In this document: positions 39,010 to 48,913 of the stretch, piece after piece
Position numbering within the stretch: the stretch's first letter is position 1
How the letters are laid out: each line of letters begins with the position of its first letter
From: a virus
DNA length: 64,000 nucleotides
Virus record (IMG/VR): IMGVR_UViG_3300037258_000374
Span: 10,805 to 74,804 of that record
Direction: 5' to 3' (one strand)
The notes under the pieces: generated by a model
Database searches by the model: none
Told to the model about the DNA's origin: nothing
What the model saw: the letters and a program-made list of their open reading frames with translations, nothing else
Program-made: the position numbers and the translations under genes

Positions 39010-39981
39010 ATGCGCGCATACAATCCTCCCCAGTCCATCGGGCGTCTGGATGCAGACGACACGATGTTCTTCCTCCGCGAGCTGGAGTCGATCGACCAGC
39101 GTCCGTACGAGGTGCTGTTCGCGGCCATGCTCGGTCGCCGTTACCTGCCGATGCAGGACGGCGTCGATCCGACCGCGGACGTGTACACGTACCGGATGTA
39201 CGAGCGACACGGCTCGGCGAATCTCGGCGGACCGCGTTCGAACAACTTCAACACCGTCAACGTGACCGGTGCGGAGCGCTCGAGCAACATCCGCCAGATC
39301 CCGGTCGGCTACGGCTGGTCGGTGCGCGAGATCCAGCAGGCGGCGAAGCTGAACAAGCCGCTCGACCAGCTGACGATCCGCGCAGCGCAGGCGGCCGTTG
39401 CTCGTCGCGTCGACAACATGCTCGCGTTCACGGACGCGCAGGCGGGCACGACCGGCATCTACGGATCGCAGGGCACGCCGATCGGCACCGCGTCGACGGC
39501 ATCCTCGAAGACGACCGCCCAGAAGTGGACGGACTCCGAGGACCCGACGAAGATGCTCGCGGACCTCAACACGATCGTCAACGACACCCACGGCCGGCTC
39601 AAGCAGGCGGGTGACGATGCGGCCGTGTTCCCGCGCTTCCTGCTCGTGCTGCCGAGCAACGAGTACGCCATCGCGGCGTCGACGCCGCGCTCGGCGAACT
39701 CGGACACCACGATCCTCAAGTACGCGATCCAGAACAACCCCTGGATCGAGTCGATCGAGGAGTGGTGGCAGGGCGAGACCGCGGGCGCGAGCTCGGCTCC
39801 GCGGTTCATCTGCTTCCCGCGTGACCCGCTGTGCCTCGCGGCGATCATCCCGCAGGAGTTCACGTCGCTCGCGCCGCAGCCGGAGGGGTTGAACATCAAC
39901 ATCCCGGCGTACGGCTCGTGCGGTGGCCTCGCGATCCGCTACACGGTCGCGATCGGCTACATGGACATCGCGCAGAGCTGA
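39010..39981 (+). CDS. Major capsid protein (DUF2184/encapsulin-like HK97 fold)
   Basis: FFLRELESID, GYGWSVREIQQA, TILKYAIQNNP, CGGLAIRY. Confidence 0.88.
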   Translation: MRAYNPPQSIGRLDADDTMFFLRELESIDQRPYEVLFAAMLGRRYLPMQDGVDPTADVYTYRMYERHGSANLGGPRSNNFNTVNVTGAERSSNIRQIPVGYGWSVREIQQAAKLNKPLDQLTIRAAQAAVARRVDNMLAFTDAQAGTTGIYGSQGTPIGTASTASSKTTAQKWTDSEDPTKMLADLNTIVNDTHGRLKQAGDDAAVFPRFLLVLPSNEYAIAASTPRSANSDTTILKYAIQNNPWIESIEEWWQGETAGASSAPRFICFPRDPLCLAAIIPQEFTSLAPQPEGLNINIPAYGSCGGLAIRYTVAIGYMDIAQS

Positions 39982-40019
39982 ACGAGCAGGAGTTCGGGCC
40001 GCTGTGTCGGCGGCCGTGC

Positions 40020-40092
40020 TGCGGGGTGGAGCAGTTGGTAGCTCGTCGGCCTCATAAGCCGAAGGTCGCTGGTTCGAGTCCGGCCTCCGCAA
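40020..40092 (+). tRNA. tRNA-Met(CAT), initiator-like, no encoded CCA
   Basis: Cloverleaf TGCGGGG...TCGGC-CTCATAA-GCCGA...GCTGG-TTCGAGT-CCGGC-CTCCGCA-A; closely resembles bacterial tRNA-fMet. Confidence 0.9.
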
Positions 40093-40101
40093 CGAAGATA
40101 G

Positions 40102-41133
40102 ATGCGCAACATCCAGTTCCAAACCGGCTCGCCCGCGCTGCTCTGCAGCGCTGCGACGGCGCTGGCGTTGCCGCCGCCCGACTTCGCGCTCGTGCCGGGG
40201 TACTGGTCGGGCAAGGGCACCACGGTGCCCGAACTGGAGGTCGCGATCTGGGCGGATGGCGCGGTCGACCTTACCGGCGCGACGCTCTACGGCGCGCAGC
40301 TGCGGCCGTACGCGCCGTCCGCACTCGCTGTGACCGGCACCGCTGCGGTCGCTGGCAGCCTCGACCTGTCCACGAAGACCACGGATTGCGACACGGTCAT
40401 CGAGGCTGGCATCGCAGGCGCGGCGCCGACCGAGCCGGGCGACGGCATCACGATCGCCTTCGCTCATTCCGTCGGCGCGCCGAACGCCGGGGTTCTGACG
40501 AATGTCGGGCTCGCATACACGTTCACCTTCAAAACGGCGGTCACGACCGTCGCGAACTTCGAAGCTGCGATCGCTGCGCTGCCCGCGAATCCTGCGACCG
40601 GTCGGCCGGACCTCGTCGTCAAGACGCCCGGCACCCCGACGAACGTGCTCGCGGTAACCGTCGACGAGTTCGCTGCGGCGCCGCTCACGGGCGCAGCCGA
40701 CGCGGTCCTGACGCACACCGCGCATGGCTTGCTGATCGGCGATGGGCCGTTCCAGCTGACCGATGCCGGCGGGTCGCTGCCGACTGGCCTCGCGCTCCTC
40801 ACCGACTACTACGTGGTGAAGGTCGGCGCGAACACCTTCAACGTGGCCACGAGCATCACGACTGCGCTGAGCGGGGTCGTCGTCGAGTTCACCACGAACG
40901 GGACCGGGACGATCGACCTCAACTCCAGCTCCTCCACCAAGCGCGTGCACTGGCACTCGATGGGGCTGCTCGGGCTCGCCGGCGACGGCGCGATCGACCT
41001 CGATGCGCAGTCGTCGTACTGGGACGTGCGCAAGCACAGCCCGATGACGATCGCCTACGCGCTCGTCGCTACGATCGCGAGCGGCAGCGGCGCCATCACG
41101 GCCGGCATCATCCCGCGCGTCGACCGCGAGTGA
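40102..41133 (+). CDS. Virion structural/decoration protein
   Basis: Thr/Ala/Gly-rich; shares two domains with neck and sheath proteins (see findings). Confidence 0.65.
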   Translation: MRNIQFQTGSPALLCSAATALALPPPDFALVPGYWSGKGTTVPELEVAIWADGAVDLTGATLYGAQLRPYAPSALAVTGTAAVAGSLDLSTKTTDCDTVIEAGIAGAAPTEPGDGITIAFAHSVGAPNAGVLTNVGLAYTFTFKTAVTTVANFEAAIAALPANPATGRPDLVVKTPGTPTNVLAVTVDEFAAAPLTGAADAVLTHTAHGLLIGDGPFQLTDAGGSLPTGLALLTDYYVVKVGANTFNVATSITTALSGVVVEFTTNGTGTIDLNSSSSTKRVHWHSMGLLGLAGDGAIDLDAQSSYWDVRKHSPMTIAYALVATIASGSGAITAGIIPRVDRE

Positions 41134-41136
41134 TCC

Positions 41137-41505
41137 GTGGCCTCGATCACCTGGGATGACGTCAAGGCGGTCGCGGCGAATGACCCAAAGGTGTCCTCGG
41201 CGCCGCCAGCGACGCAGGCGATCGTCCTCGCGTACGTCAACGCCGAGCTCGATCCGTGTGCGTTCCAAGGCGGCGAGGGCGGACCTCGCATCAAGATCGC
41301 ACGCGCCTACCTGGCGGCGCACCTCGCGTCGCTTGGACCGCATACGGCGGTGCTGACGTCGATGAAGGAAGACGACGTGTCGATCGGCTATACGCTGCCG
41401 CCGATCCCTGTCGGCGATGACCCGTTCTGGCAGCGCACTGCGTACGGCTCGGCATACCGCGCGCTGGTGAACACGAGCTACGCTCGCTTGCCGTTCGTGA
41501 CCTGA
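41137..41505 (+). CDS. Head-tail adaptor (DUF4054-like)
   Basis: AYLAAHL, DDVSIGY, FWQRTAYG..Y. Confidence 0.75.
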   Translation: MASITWDDVKAVAANDPKVSSAPPATQAIVLAYVNAELDPCAFQGGEGGPRIKIARAYLAAHLASLGPHTAVLTSMKEDDVSIGYTLPPIPVGDDPFWQRTAYGSAYRALVNTSYARLPFVT

Positions 41506-42194
41506 TGCTCGCCGATGAGATGAATGGTGATCTGGCGACGGTCATCGACACCTTCGGCACCGGCAGCTATCAGGTCTGGCGGACGGCATCTGGCCCGATC
41601 ACGAACGGCAACTACGCGAGCGGATCGTTCAGCTACTTCGCTGTCGCCGGCAGCATGCGACCAGACAACGGCGCCGAATTCCAGAACATGCCGGACTCCA
41701 CATACGGCCTGGAGATCCGCAAGCTCTACCAGCACGATGCCGCGCTGTGGACCGTCCGGCCCGGATACGAAGCGGACAAGGTGCTCGTCGGGACGCTGTC
41801 GGCGTCGATCGATCTGGGCGAGCACACGGCGCACGCGGATGGCGTCCTGAGCACGATCGCCTTTGGCGCACCCACAGATGTCGTGACGCTCCAGCTCGAG
41901 GCCGGCTCCGTCGCGGAGGCAGGCGTGCTCGATGAGAGCGCCTATCCGGCGATCGTCTACACGTTTCTCGATGGCGTGACGACCGAGCTCGACCTCGAGA
42001 CGGCCATCACCGAGACGTCGCGGTACCTCCAGGTCGCCACAGCCGGAACGCCGACGAATGTGCTGCACGCAAGCGGCGATGTGCTCGCAGCGACCAACCT
42101 CACGGGCGGCGATGGCGAATGGTGGCGCGTCATCAAGGCGAAGGCGCTGTCGACGTTCTGGAAGGCGTGGATCGATCGCCTTCCGAAGCCGTAG
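41505..42194 (+). CDS. Head closure protein with inserted domain
   Basis: Position; ADKV // GEWWRVI split by an insert of about 100 aa. Confidence 0.6.
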   Translation: MLADEMNGDLATVIDTFGTGSYQVWRTASGPITNGNYASGSFSYFAVAGSMRPDNGAEFQNMPDSTYGLEIRKLYQHDAALWTVRPGYEADKVLVGTLSASIDLGEHTAHADGVLSTIAFGAPTDVVTLQLEAGSVAEAGVLDESAYPAIVYTFLDGVTTELDLETAITETSRYLQVATAGTPTNVLHASGDVLAATNLTGGDGEWWRVIKAKALSTFWKAWIDRLPKP

Positions 42195-43065
42195 CGATCG
42201 CCGCATCGAACGCCATCGACCAGCAGGGCGCGACCTGCGACCACGTGCGCTGCTCGAGCATGCGCTCCGCGTTTGCTCTGCCGGCAGTGCGCACGAAGTC
42301 GAGGTGGCCGCGGCACCAGTCGAGCGCGAGCGTGAAAGCTTCGGGCGTGCGCTCGACGACGAGGCCGTCGATGCCATCGCGCACGAGCTCGGGCACGATT
42401 CCCACATCCGTGGTCACTGGGAAGCAGCCGGATGCCATGCTTTCGATCAGCGTGCGCGGATCGCCCTCGGCTCGGGATGCGATCACGAACACGTCCAGGT
42501 CGTTGTAGAAATCGCCCATCTCACCCTGCGTGAGACAGCGGTCCGCGACGAGCATCCCCGGTGCCGCAGCGCGCAGGACCTCCACGTGCTTGTCGGCCGC
42601 GTCGGCATTGCCAGCCCAGCCGATGCGCATGTCGCGGCCGTTGCGCCGGCGTTGGTCCATGCAGACGGACGGTTCGAACCCCTTGGGACCGAGCGCGATC
42701 GATCTCGCTGGTACCGGGTCATGCTTGGTGAGCAAGCGCTGCAGGCGAACCGACGGGACGATGACCGAGCAGTCCTTCGCGTACCGCTGCAGCATATTCG
42801 TCGCGCTCAGCCCGCGCCAGCGCGTCTGCGACCAGCGGTGGCTGCTGATCTGCTTCAGCACCGGAGCGTGCGTCTTCCGAATCGCGCCGTGCCACCACAT
42901 GTCGACATAGAGGTCAGCGGGCCACGAGTTCATCTCGCCGTTCATCAACGAATACGAGTACGCGATGCGGATCTCGTGGCGGCCGCGGAGCTCGCGCTGC
43001 AGCGCCTTCGCTGCCGTGTCGTACGACCAGCCGGGGCTGTAGGCGATCATCCAGATCTTCGCCAC
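42133..43065 (-). CDS. GT-B (family 4-like) glycosyltransferase
   Basis: IGWAGN, FYNDLDVFVIASRAEGDPRTLIESMASGCFPVTTDVGIVPELVRDGIDGLVV. Confidence 0.85.
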   Translation of the reverse strand: MAKIWMIAYSPGWSYDTAAKALQRELRGRHEIRIAYSYSLMNGEMNSWPADLYVDMWWHGAIRKTHAPVLKQISSHRWSQTRWRGLSATNMLQRYAKDCSVIVPSVRLQRLLTKHDPVPARSIALGPKGFEPSVCMDQRRRNGRDMRIGWAGNADAADKHVEVLRAAAPGMLVADRCLTQGEMGDFYNDLDVFVIASRAEGDPRTLIESMASGCFPVTTDVGIVPELVRDGIDGLVVERTPEAFTLALDWCRGHLDFVRTAGRANAERMLEQRTWSQVAPCWSMAFDAAIATASEGDRSTPSRTSTAPSP

Positions 43066-43087
43066 GCCGGCAGCGTATCCTCAGCTC

Positions 43088-43582
43088 GTGCCCAAGTCGA
43101 TGAAGACCACGGCCGACGACCGCGTGTGGCGTCGGCTGCGCGCGAAGGTCAAGGACGTCAACAAGCGCATCGTCAAGGTCGGCATCCTGTCCGGCGAGGC
43201 GTACGAGGACGGCACGACGATCGCCGAGGTCGGCGCGTTCCACGAGTACGGCTCCGCTGATGGCCGACTGCCCGAGCGGAGTTGGATGCGGCGCACGTTC
43301 ATCGAGCAGCGTCAGAAGCACATCCGCCTTCTCGCGGACCTGGCGCGCAACATCCTCAGCGAACGCATGAGCCCAGACAAAGCGCTCGGAGTACTCGGCT
43401 CGTGGGCGGTGACAGCTATCCGCACGACCATCAGGCAGAACATCCCGCCAGCGCTGAAGCCCGAGACCATCAGGCGCAAGACCGTCGGCGGCAAGCAGGG
43501 ATTCATCGCACTCATCGACACGGCGCGTCTGTGGAACAGCATTACGTGGGCGCTCGGTAGCCGATCAGGCAGCGGAACGTAA
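43088..43582 (+). CDS. Neck/tail completion protein
   Basis: VKVGI, AEVGAFHEYG, LPERSWMR, PALKPETIRRK, LIDTARL. Confidence 0.8.
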   Translation: MPKSMKTTADDRVWRRLRAKVKDVNKRIVKVGILSGEAYEDGTTIAEVGAFHEYGSADGRLPERSWMRRTFIEQRQKHIRLLADLARNILSERMSPDKALGVLGSWAVTAIRTTIRQNIPPALKPETIRRKTVGGKQGFIALIDTARLWNSITWALGSRSGSGT

Positions 43583-43629
43583 GCCAGCGAACAGGGCTGC
43601 CCTGTTCCGCGCGAGGTTCGGGTGTTACG

Positions 43630-44523
43630 ATGGCGCCGCGCATGCCGGCGATCGACTGGACTACCATCGCGAACGCGATCCAAGCGTGGGTCGTCGCGGG
43701 CTCTGGGCTCGCGGCCGACCACGTCATCTGGTCGTTCAAGGGGCCAGGTCGACCGAGTACGCCGTACATCCAGCTGAACATCATCGCCGTGCGTCCGGTC
43801 GGATTCGACTACGAGGTGCGCCAGGACAACACGTTCACCTTCGAAGCGATGCCGATCGAGGTGGTGGACGTGGACGGCAACCGGTTGCAGATCACCGGCC
43901 ATGGCTTCATCACTGGCGACGGTCCCATCGAGCTGGAGCTTGGCGGTGGAGCAACGGCGCCGGCGCCGCTCGCGCAGCTGACCAGCTACTGGGCGATCGT
44001 CCTCGATGCGAATCACATCCAGCTCGCGAGCACCTTCCAGAACACCGGCGGCAACTACGAAGGCAATCCGATTACGCCGATCGTTCTGGAGTCGACCGGC
44101 AGCGGCGATCTCAGCATCATCGACACCGACGACACGGTGCACGCTGGCATCGAGCTGGAGAATCGAGCGCGAGGAACGCGCGAGGTCTCCATCAGCATGC
44201 AGTGCTTCCCGCCGGAGAACAGCGGACTGCAGTCGATGCAGATCATGACCGACGTCGGCGCATCGCTGCAGTTGCACATCGACGATCTCGACGCTGCTGG
44301 ATTCGGCGTATCCGATCTGAATGGGGCCTACTTCGAGGGCGGCGCCAAGCTCGTCGAAGGTCGCCTCGGCAGCATCCTCGAGCCGCGCACGGTCTGGACG
44401 ATGACGGGCTACGTCGCGTCCGAGGTCGTCGGCTTCGAGACGTTCGTCGAGAAGGTCTCGGTCACGTTCACGGAGACCAGCACGGACACGGAGACGACCT
44501 TCCCAGTTCTTCCGCCACCCTGA
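43630..44523 (+). CDS. Tail terminator-like protein with inserted domain
   Basis: Directly upstream of the sheath; VIWS...RPSTPYIQL. Confidence 0.6.
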   Translation: MAPRMPAIDWTTIANAIQAWVVAGSGLAADHVIWSFKGPGRPSTPYIQLNIIAVRPVGFDYEVRQDNTFTFEAMPIEVVDVDGNRLQITGHGFITGDGPIELELGGGATAPAPLAQLTSYWAIVLDANHIQLASTFQNTGGNYEGNPITPIVLESTGSGDLSIIDTDDTVHAGIELENRARGTREVSISMQCFPPENSGLQSMQIMTDVGASLQLHIDDLDAAGFGVSDLNGAYFEGGAKLVEGRLGSILEPRTVWTMTGYVASEVVGFETFVEKVSVTFTETSTDTETTFPVLPPP

Positions 44524-44538
44524 CGAGGAGCAGATCCA

Positions 44539-46194
44539 ATGGCCGGCATCGACCAACACATCAGCATCACGATCTCGATCAAGAACACCGGCATCGCTCG
44601 CGCGGGATTCGGGCTCGCGATGATCTTGTCGTACAGCAGCGTGATCGCGCCCGACTTCACGCGCCTGTACAGCGATCCGTCGGACATGGTCAACGATGGT
44701 TTCGCAGAAGACTCGCCCGAGGTGCTGGGCGCGGAGGCGCAGTTCGATCAGACGCCGCACGTCACAGGCGTGCTGATCGGCCGCGGCACGAACATCCCGA
44801 CGCTGAAGTATCAAGTGTCCGCCAACCAGGTCGTCAACAGCGCGGCATACGGGGTTAACGTGACCGGCGAGGGCGTCACGCCGAGCTCGCCGTCGATCAC
44901 GTCGGCCGCGGACGCGACGCTGCAGGAGATCCATAACGATCTTCTGACCGCACTCAACGCTGTCGTGGGAGCTAACTACACGGCGGCGTTCGCGCCGCTG
45001 GCGTCGCTGACCGCGAAGAATTTCACGGCAGACCACACCACGCCTGCGCTCACCTCCGCCGCCCACGGGTGGAACACCGGTGACGGGCCGCTTCAGCTGT
45101 CGGAGGTTGGTGGCGCGCTGCCGACGGGACTCGCAGCAGCCACGAACTACTGGGTGATCAAGCTCACCGCCAACACCTTCCTGCTCGCGTCGACGCTCGC
45201 GAACGCGCTGGCCGGCACTGCGGTCGCGTTCAGCGACAACGGATCAGGCACCTTGACGGCCACGCCACAGGGCGCGTGCCTGTCGCCGATCCTTCCGTTC
45301 TTCGTGACGGCCAACGCTGCCGGCGACTACTTCACGCTCGAGGCGGTCAAGCTCCGCTACGTGCGTATCGCGATCGTCAACGTCGACCCCGGCGTGCAGG
45401 CGGACCTGACGAACATCCTCACCGAGGACAACACCTGGTACGCGATCGTGACGCCGATGCTGTCGAGTGCGATCGCGCTCGAGGTGGCGGCATGGACCGA
45501 GTCGAACGGCGCGCACGTCTACTTCCTCGATCTGAACGAGAGCGACTCGGTCAACACCAGCGTGACCGATGCGACCGACACGCTCGCGCAGCTGCTCGCG
45601 CTCGGATACAAGCGGACGCTGTACAGCTTCCATCACTCGCAGGCCGAGCAGATGAGTTCGGCGTGGCTCGGCGTGCTGCTGCCGAAGACGCCCGGCACGT
45701 GGAACGCCAAGTTCAAGTCGCTCGCCGGCGTGACGGTCACCAAGCTCGATGACACGCAGCGCGCCAATCTGATCGCGCGCCGCGGCAACGCGTACACGAA
45801 CGATGGCGTCCCGATGACCTGGGAGGGCACCGTTGCGAACCTGGTCTACGGCTTCATCGACGTCGTGGATAGCCTCGACTGGTGGTTCAATGCCGCGCAG
45901 ACCAACGTGCTCGGCGTGCTCGTCGGCCACGACAAGATCGGATACGACGATCACGACATCGCGATGGTCGGCGGAGCGATCGAGGCCTCGCTGCACGATG
46001 GCGTCGAGAGCACCGTGTTCGCGCCCGGCACGCCGGGCGACCCCAACGACCCGGCGCCCGAGGTCGACGTGCCGCTCGTCGCGAGCATCGATCCGAGCGT
46101 GCGCGCGCTGCGTGAGTTGCCCGACATCAACGCGAGCGCGCGGCTCGACGGATCGGTCAACAAGGTCTTCATCAACGCCACGTTCACCTTCTAA
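44539..46194 (+). CDS. Tail sheath protein (DUF3383 type)
   Basis: RAGFG, TWNAKFKSLAGV, FIDVVDSLDW, KIGYDDHDI. Confidence 0.85.
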   Translation: MAGIDQHISITISIKNTGIARAGFGLAMILSYSSVIAPDFTRLYSDPSDMVNDGFAEDSPEVLGAEAQFDQTPHVTGVLIGRGTNIPTLKYQVSANQVVNSAAYGVNVTGEGVTPSSPSITSAADATLQEIHNDLLTALNAVVGANYTAAFAPLASLTAKNFTADHTTPALTSAAHGWNTGDGPLQLSEVGGALPTGLAAATNYWVIKLTANTFLLASTLANALAGTAVAFSDNGSGTLTATPQGACLSPILPFFVTANAAGDYFTLEAVKLRYVRIAIVNVDPGVQADLTNILTEDNTWYAIVTPMLSSAIALEVAAWTESNGAHVYFLDLNESDSVNTSVTDATDTLAQLLALGYKRTLYSFHHSQAEQMSSAWLGVLLPKTPGTWNAKFKSLAGVTVTKLDDTQRANLIARRGNAYTNDGVPMTWEGTVANLVYGFIDVVDSLDWWFNAAQTNVLGVLVGHDKIGYDDHDIAMVGGAIEASLHDGVESTVFAPGTPGDPNDPAPEVDVPLVASIDPSVRALRELPDINASARLDGSVNKVFINATFTF

Positions 46195-46208
46195 CCCGGA
46201 GAACGACG

Positions 46209-46667
46209 ATGCTCCTCAAGTACAATCCAAAGCGCGTGACGCTGTCGTTCACCGGCACGCTGCCGAGCGGCAAGAACTTCGCCGTGCAGTTCGAGGCATT
46301 CATGGACGGCACGATGATCGAAGCCGAATTCGACGTCGATCAGGTGACCAAGCATGTCGGCGGCGATGGCGTTGCCACGGCCACGCTCAGCGCCAACCGT
46401 GGCGTCAAGGTCACGGCGACGCTGCTGCAGGGCTCGCCGACGAACGACGACCTGACGCTCCTCATCCCGAACGCCGATCTCAACTATCTACCGGTCGGCG
46501 TGCTCACACTGCGTGATCTCAACGGCACCGCCAAGCTCGTCGTGAAGAACGCGTGGATCGTCAAGCCGCCGAAGATCGAATACGCCGTGGCCGTCACCGG
46601 TCGGCCGTGGATGTTCGATTGCGAGAAGGCCGACGCGTATCAGGTCGGCAGCGCCGGAGAGTTCTGA
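46209..46667 (+). CDS. Tail tube protein (DUF3277-like)
   Basis: YNPKRV, VGGDG, TLLQGSPTN, DLNG, AWIVKPP. Confidence 0.85.
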   Translation: MLLKYNPKRVTLSFTGTLPSGKNFAVQFEAFMDGTMIEAEFDVDQVTKHVGGDGVATATLSANRGVKVTATLLQGSPTNDDLTLLIPNADLNYLPVGVLTLRDLNGTAKLVVKNAWIVKPPKIEYAVAVTGRPWMFDCEKADAYQVGSAGEF

Positions 46668-47388
46668 TGGCACGTCGCAAGACAGAGACGTTCGAGTTCG
46701 AGGGCGCCACCGTCGAGGTGACCGAACTGCCGTGGGACAAATCGGAGGACCTACTCCCCGAAGTGTGGCAGCTCGTCACGGTCGTCTTCGAAACGATGCG
46801 CGGGCACGCCGATGCGCTCGCTCTGCTCGAGATGCTAAAGGAGAACGCCGAGCAGGAGCTGGCGGCCGCGCTGCCAGCGATGCTGCCCAAGCTGATCCCG
46901 ATGCTCACCGAAGCGGCAAGCGCGATCGGCGTGAAGCTCGGCAACGGTCGGCTCAAGGCGCTGGCGCCGCAGCTGCTCTCCTCCACCAAGGTGATCCTCA
47001 CCGATCCGGAGACCGGCCAGAAGGAGCGCTGCGAGCTCGCGCGCGCCGAGGACCGAGCGAAGGTATTCGAGACGTACCGCTACCTCTACTTGCCGGTGCT
47101 GTTCTTGGCCGGCAAGGTCACGTACGCCCCTTTTTTCTCCGGACGCGCCCTCCCCAAGTCCCTCGGGAAGGCGAGCACGTAAAGCTCGAGGGGCTGCAGC
47201 CCGAACACGAGAAGTACTGGAGGGGGTACCGGCTCGTCGTCGACGAATTCGCAACATGGTCGGAGGTCACAGAGATGAGTCTCAACGAAATCGACCTCGC
47301 GAATCTGTTGCTCGACGCAGTGGCTGAAGCGCGCGCGCGCGCCAACAAGGGCAAGAAGCACGACCACGAAGAAGTGGTGATCCCGTGA
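46667..47388 (+). CDS. Tail assembly chaperone pair (G/GT type): short form 46667-47182, -1 frameshift form to 47388
   Basis: In-frame slippery C CCT TTT TTC at 47128-47137; the -1 frame is open to 47388; lies between tube and tape measure. Confidence 0.8.
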
Positions 47389-48911
47389 TCGTAGCCGAAT
47401 TTGCCGCGGCCTTAGGCCTTAACGTAAACGAGGGCGAGTTCGCCAAGGGCGACAAGCTCATGGATGGGCTGCGCCACGCCGTCGAGATCTTCATCGGCGT
47501 GGAGGCGATCCGCAAAGTCGGACAGATGGTGTCCGGCTTCGTGGAGTCGGCCGTCGCGGCGAAGCGACTCGGCGAGCGCATCGGAGATACCGCGCAGGCA
47601 GTCCAGGAGCTCGGCTATGCCGCACAGACCGAAGGCGCGAGCGCCGATGACCTTCAGGTCTCGATGCAGCACCTCGCGGTCGCACTTCAGGAGTTGCAGC
47701 GCAGCGGGACGGGCCCAGCCGCCGACGGGATGCGCGCGCTCGGCGTCAGCGCGGCGGCGCTGAAGAACAAGAAGCCGTCCGAGGTGCTCGGGATCCTCGC
47801 CGATCACTTCGCAAAGCTGCCGGATGGATCCAAGAAGACCGCCGCTGCGATGGACCTGTTCGGGCGCTCTGGCACCGCGCTGATCCCACTGCTGAACAAG
47901 GGCAGCGCCGGCATCGCCGATCTCCGGGCCGAGGCCGAGAAGCTCGGCGTGGTCATCGGCGAGGATGCCGTCAAGAACGCGGAGAAGCTCGAGAAGGAGA
48001 ACATCAAGCTCCACGCGTCGTTGACCGGCATCAAGAACCAGGCGATCTCCGCGCTGCTGCCGGCGATCACCGAGCTCGTCGAGCAGATGTCGGCGTGGAT
48101 TGCGAAGAACAGGGACCTGATCGAGTCGCTGATCGAGGGCGTCGTTACCGCGCTGACGTACGTCGGCAAGGGGCTCGCGATCTTCATCCAAGCAGTCGGC
48201 TCCGCGATTGGCTTCCTGCAGGAGCACAAGGATCTCGCCGAGGCGGTCCTTGTAGCGCTCGGTACGGTCATCACCGCATTCGCGGTACAGGCCGCGATCG
48301 ACTGGCTGCTCGCGTTCTGGCCCATCCCGCTGATCATCATCGCGATCGCTGGGGTGGCCTACGGGGTCAAGAAGCTGTGGGACCTGATCAAGGCGAATTG
48401 GCACTACGTCGTCGACGCCTTTCACCGAATCAAAGACGTTGTTGTCGAACTATTTCACGCGCTCACCGATGTGCCGCTAGAGGTCTTTGAACGCTTTAAG
48501 AGCGGAGCAGAGAACGTGAAAAAGAAGTTCGAGGAGGTCATCGACTGGATCAAGAAGAAGATCAACGAGAGCGAGGATTGGTTCAACAGCAGTTGGTTTG
48601 GCAAGGCGATCAAATGGAGCTACCACAACAGCCCTGTCGGATTGGTCCGCGATCATCTGATGAGCAACGGCAGCGCTCCGCCTGGCCCCTCTGCGAACAC
48701 GACCGGATGGATGAACCCCTATCGGAATGGCGTGATGGGACAAGCCGGCGCCACCTACACCTTCACGGGCGACATCAACAGCAACGTCACCGCGAAGACT
48801 GACTCCGACCCGGTCCAGATCGCGAACGCCAGTGCGGCGCAGACGAAGAAGATGATCGAGGAGCAGCTTCGCCATGCGAGAGGCTCGCTGATCTCTGGAG
48901 AGAAGCCGTAG
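47385..48911 (+). CDS. Tape measure protein
   Basis: 508 aa, helical; AMDLFGRSGTALIPLLNKG; Trp-spaced C-terminal repeats. Confidence 0.85.
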   Translation: MIVAEFAAALGLNVNEGEFAKGDKLMDGLRHAVEIFIGVEAIRKVGQMVSGFVESAVAAKRLGERIGDTAQAVQELGYAAQTEGASADDLQVSMQHLAVALQELQRSGTGPAADGMRALGVSAAALKNKKPSEVLGILADHFAKLPDGSKKTAAAMDLFGRSGTALIPLLNKGSAGIADLRAEAEKLGVVIGEDAVKNAEKLEKENIKLHASLTGIKNQAISALLPAITELVEQMSAWIAKNRDLIESLIEGVVTALTYVGKGLAIFIQAVGSAIGFLQEHKDLAEAVLVALGTVITAFAVQAAIDWLLAFWPIPLIIIAIAGVAYGVKKLWDLIKANWHYVVDAFHRIKDVVVELFHALTDVPLEVFERFKSGAENVKKKFEEVIDWIKKKINESEDWFNSSWFGKAIKWSYHNSPVGLVRDHLMSNGSAPPGPSANTTGWMNPYRNGVMGQAGATYTFTGDINSNVTAKTDSDPVQIANASAAQTKKMIEEQLRHARGSLISGEKP

Positions 48912-48913
48912 CC

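Noticed and set aside
40020-40092. tRNA as prophage attachment site
   Set aside because: It lies inside the structural operon with phage genes on both sides; no integrase or duplicated tRNA 3' end was seen.
38773-41343. 856-aa minus-strand ORF and similar long antisense ORFs (17654-18832, 32853-34166, 43312-45066)
   Set aside because: Antisense shadows of high-GC genes with no recognisable motifs, unlike the HNH at 35458-35991.
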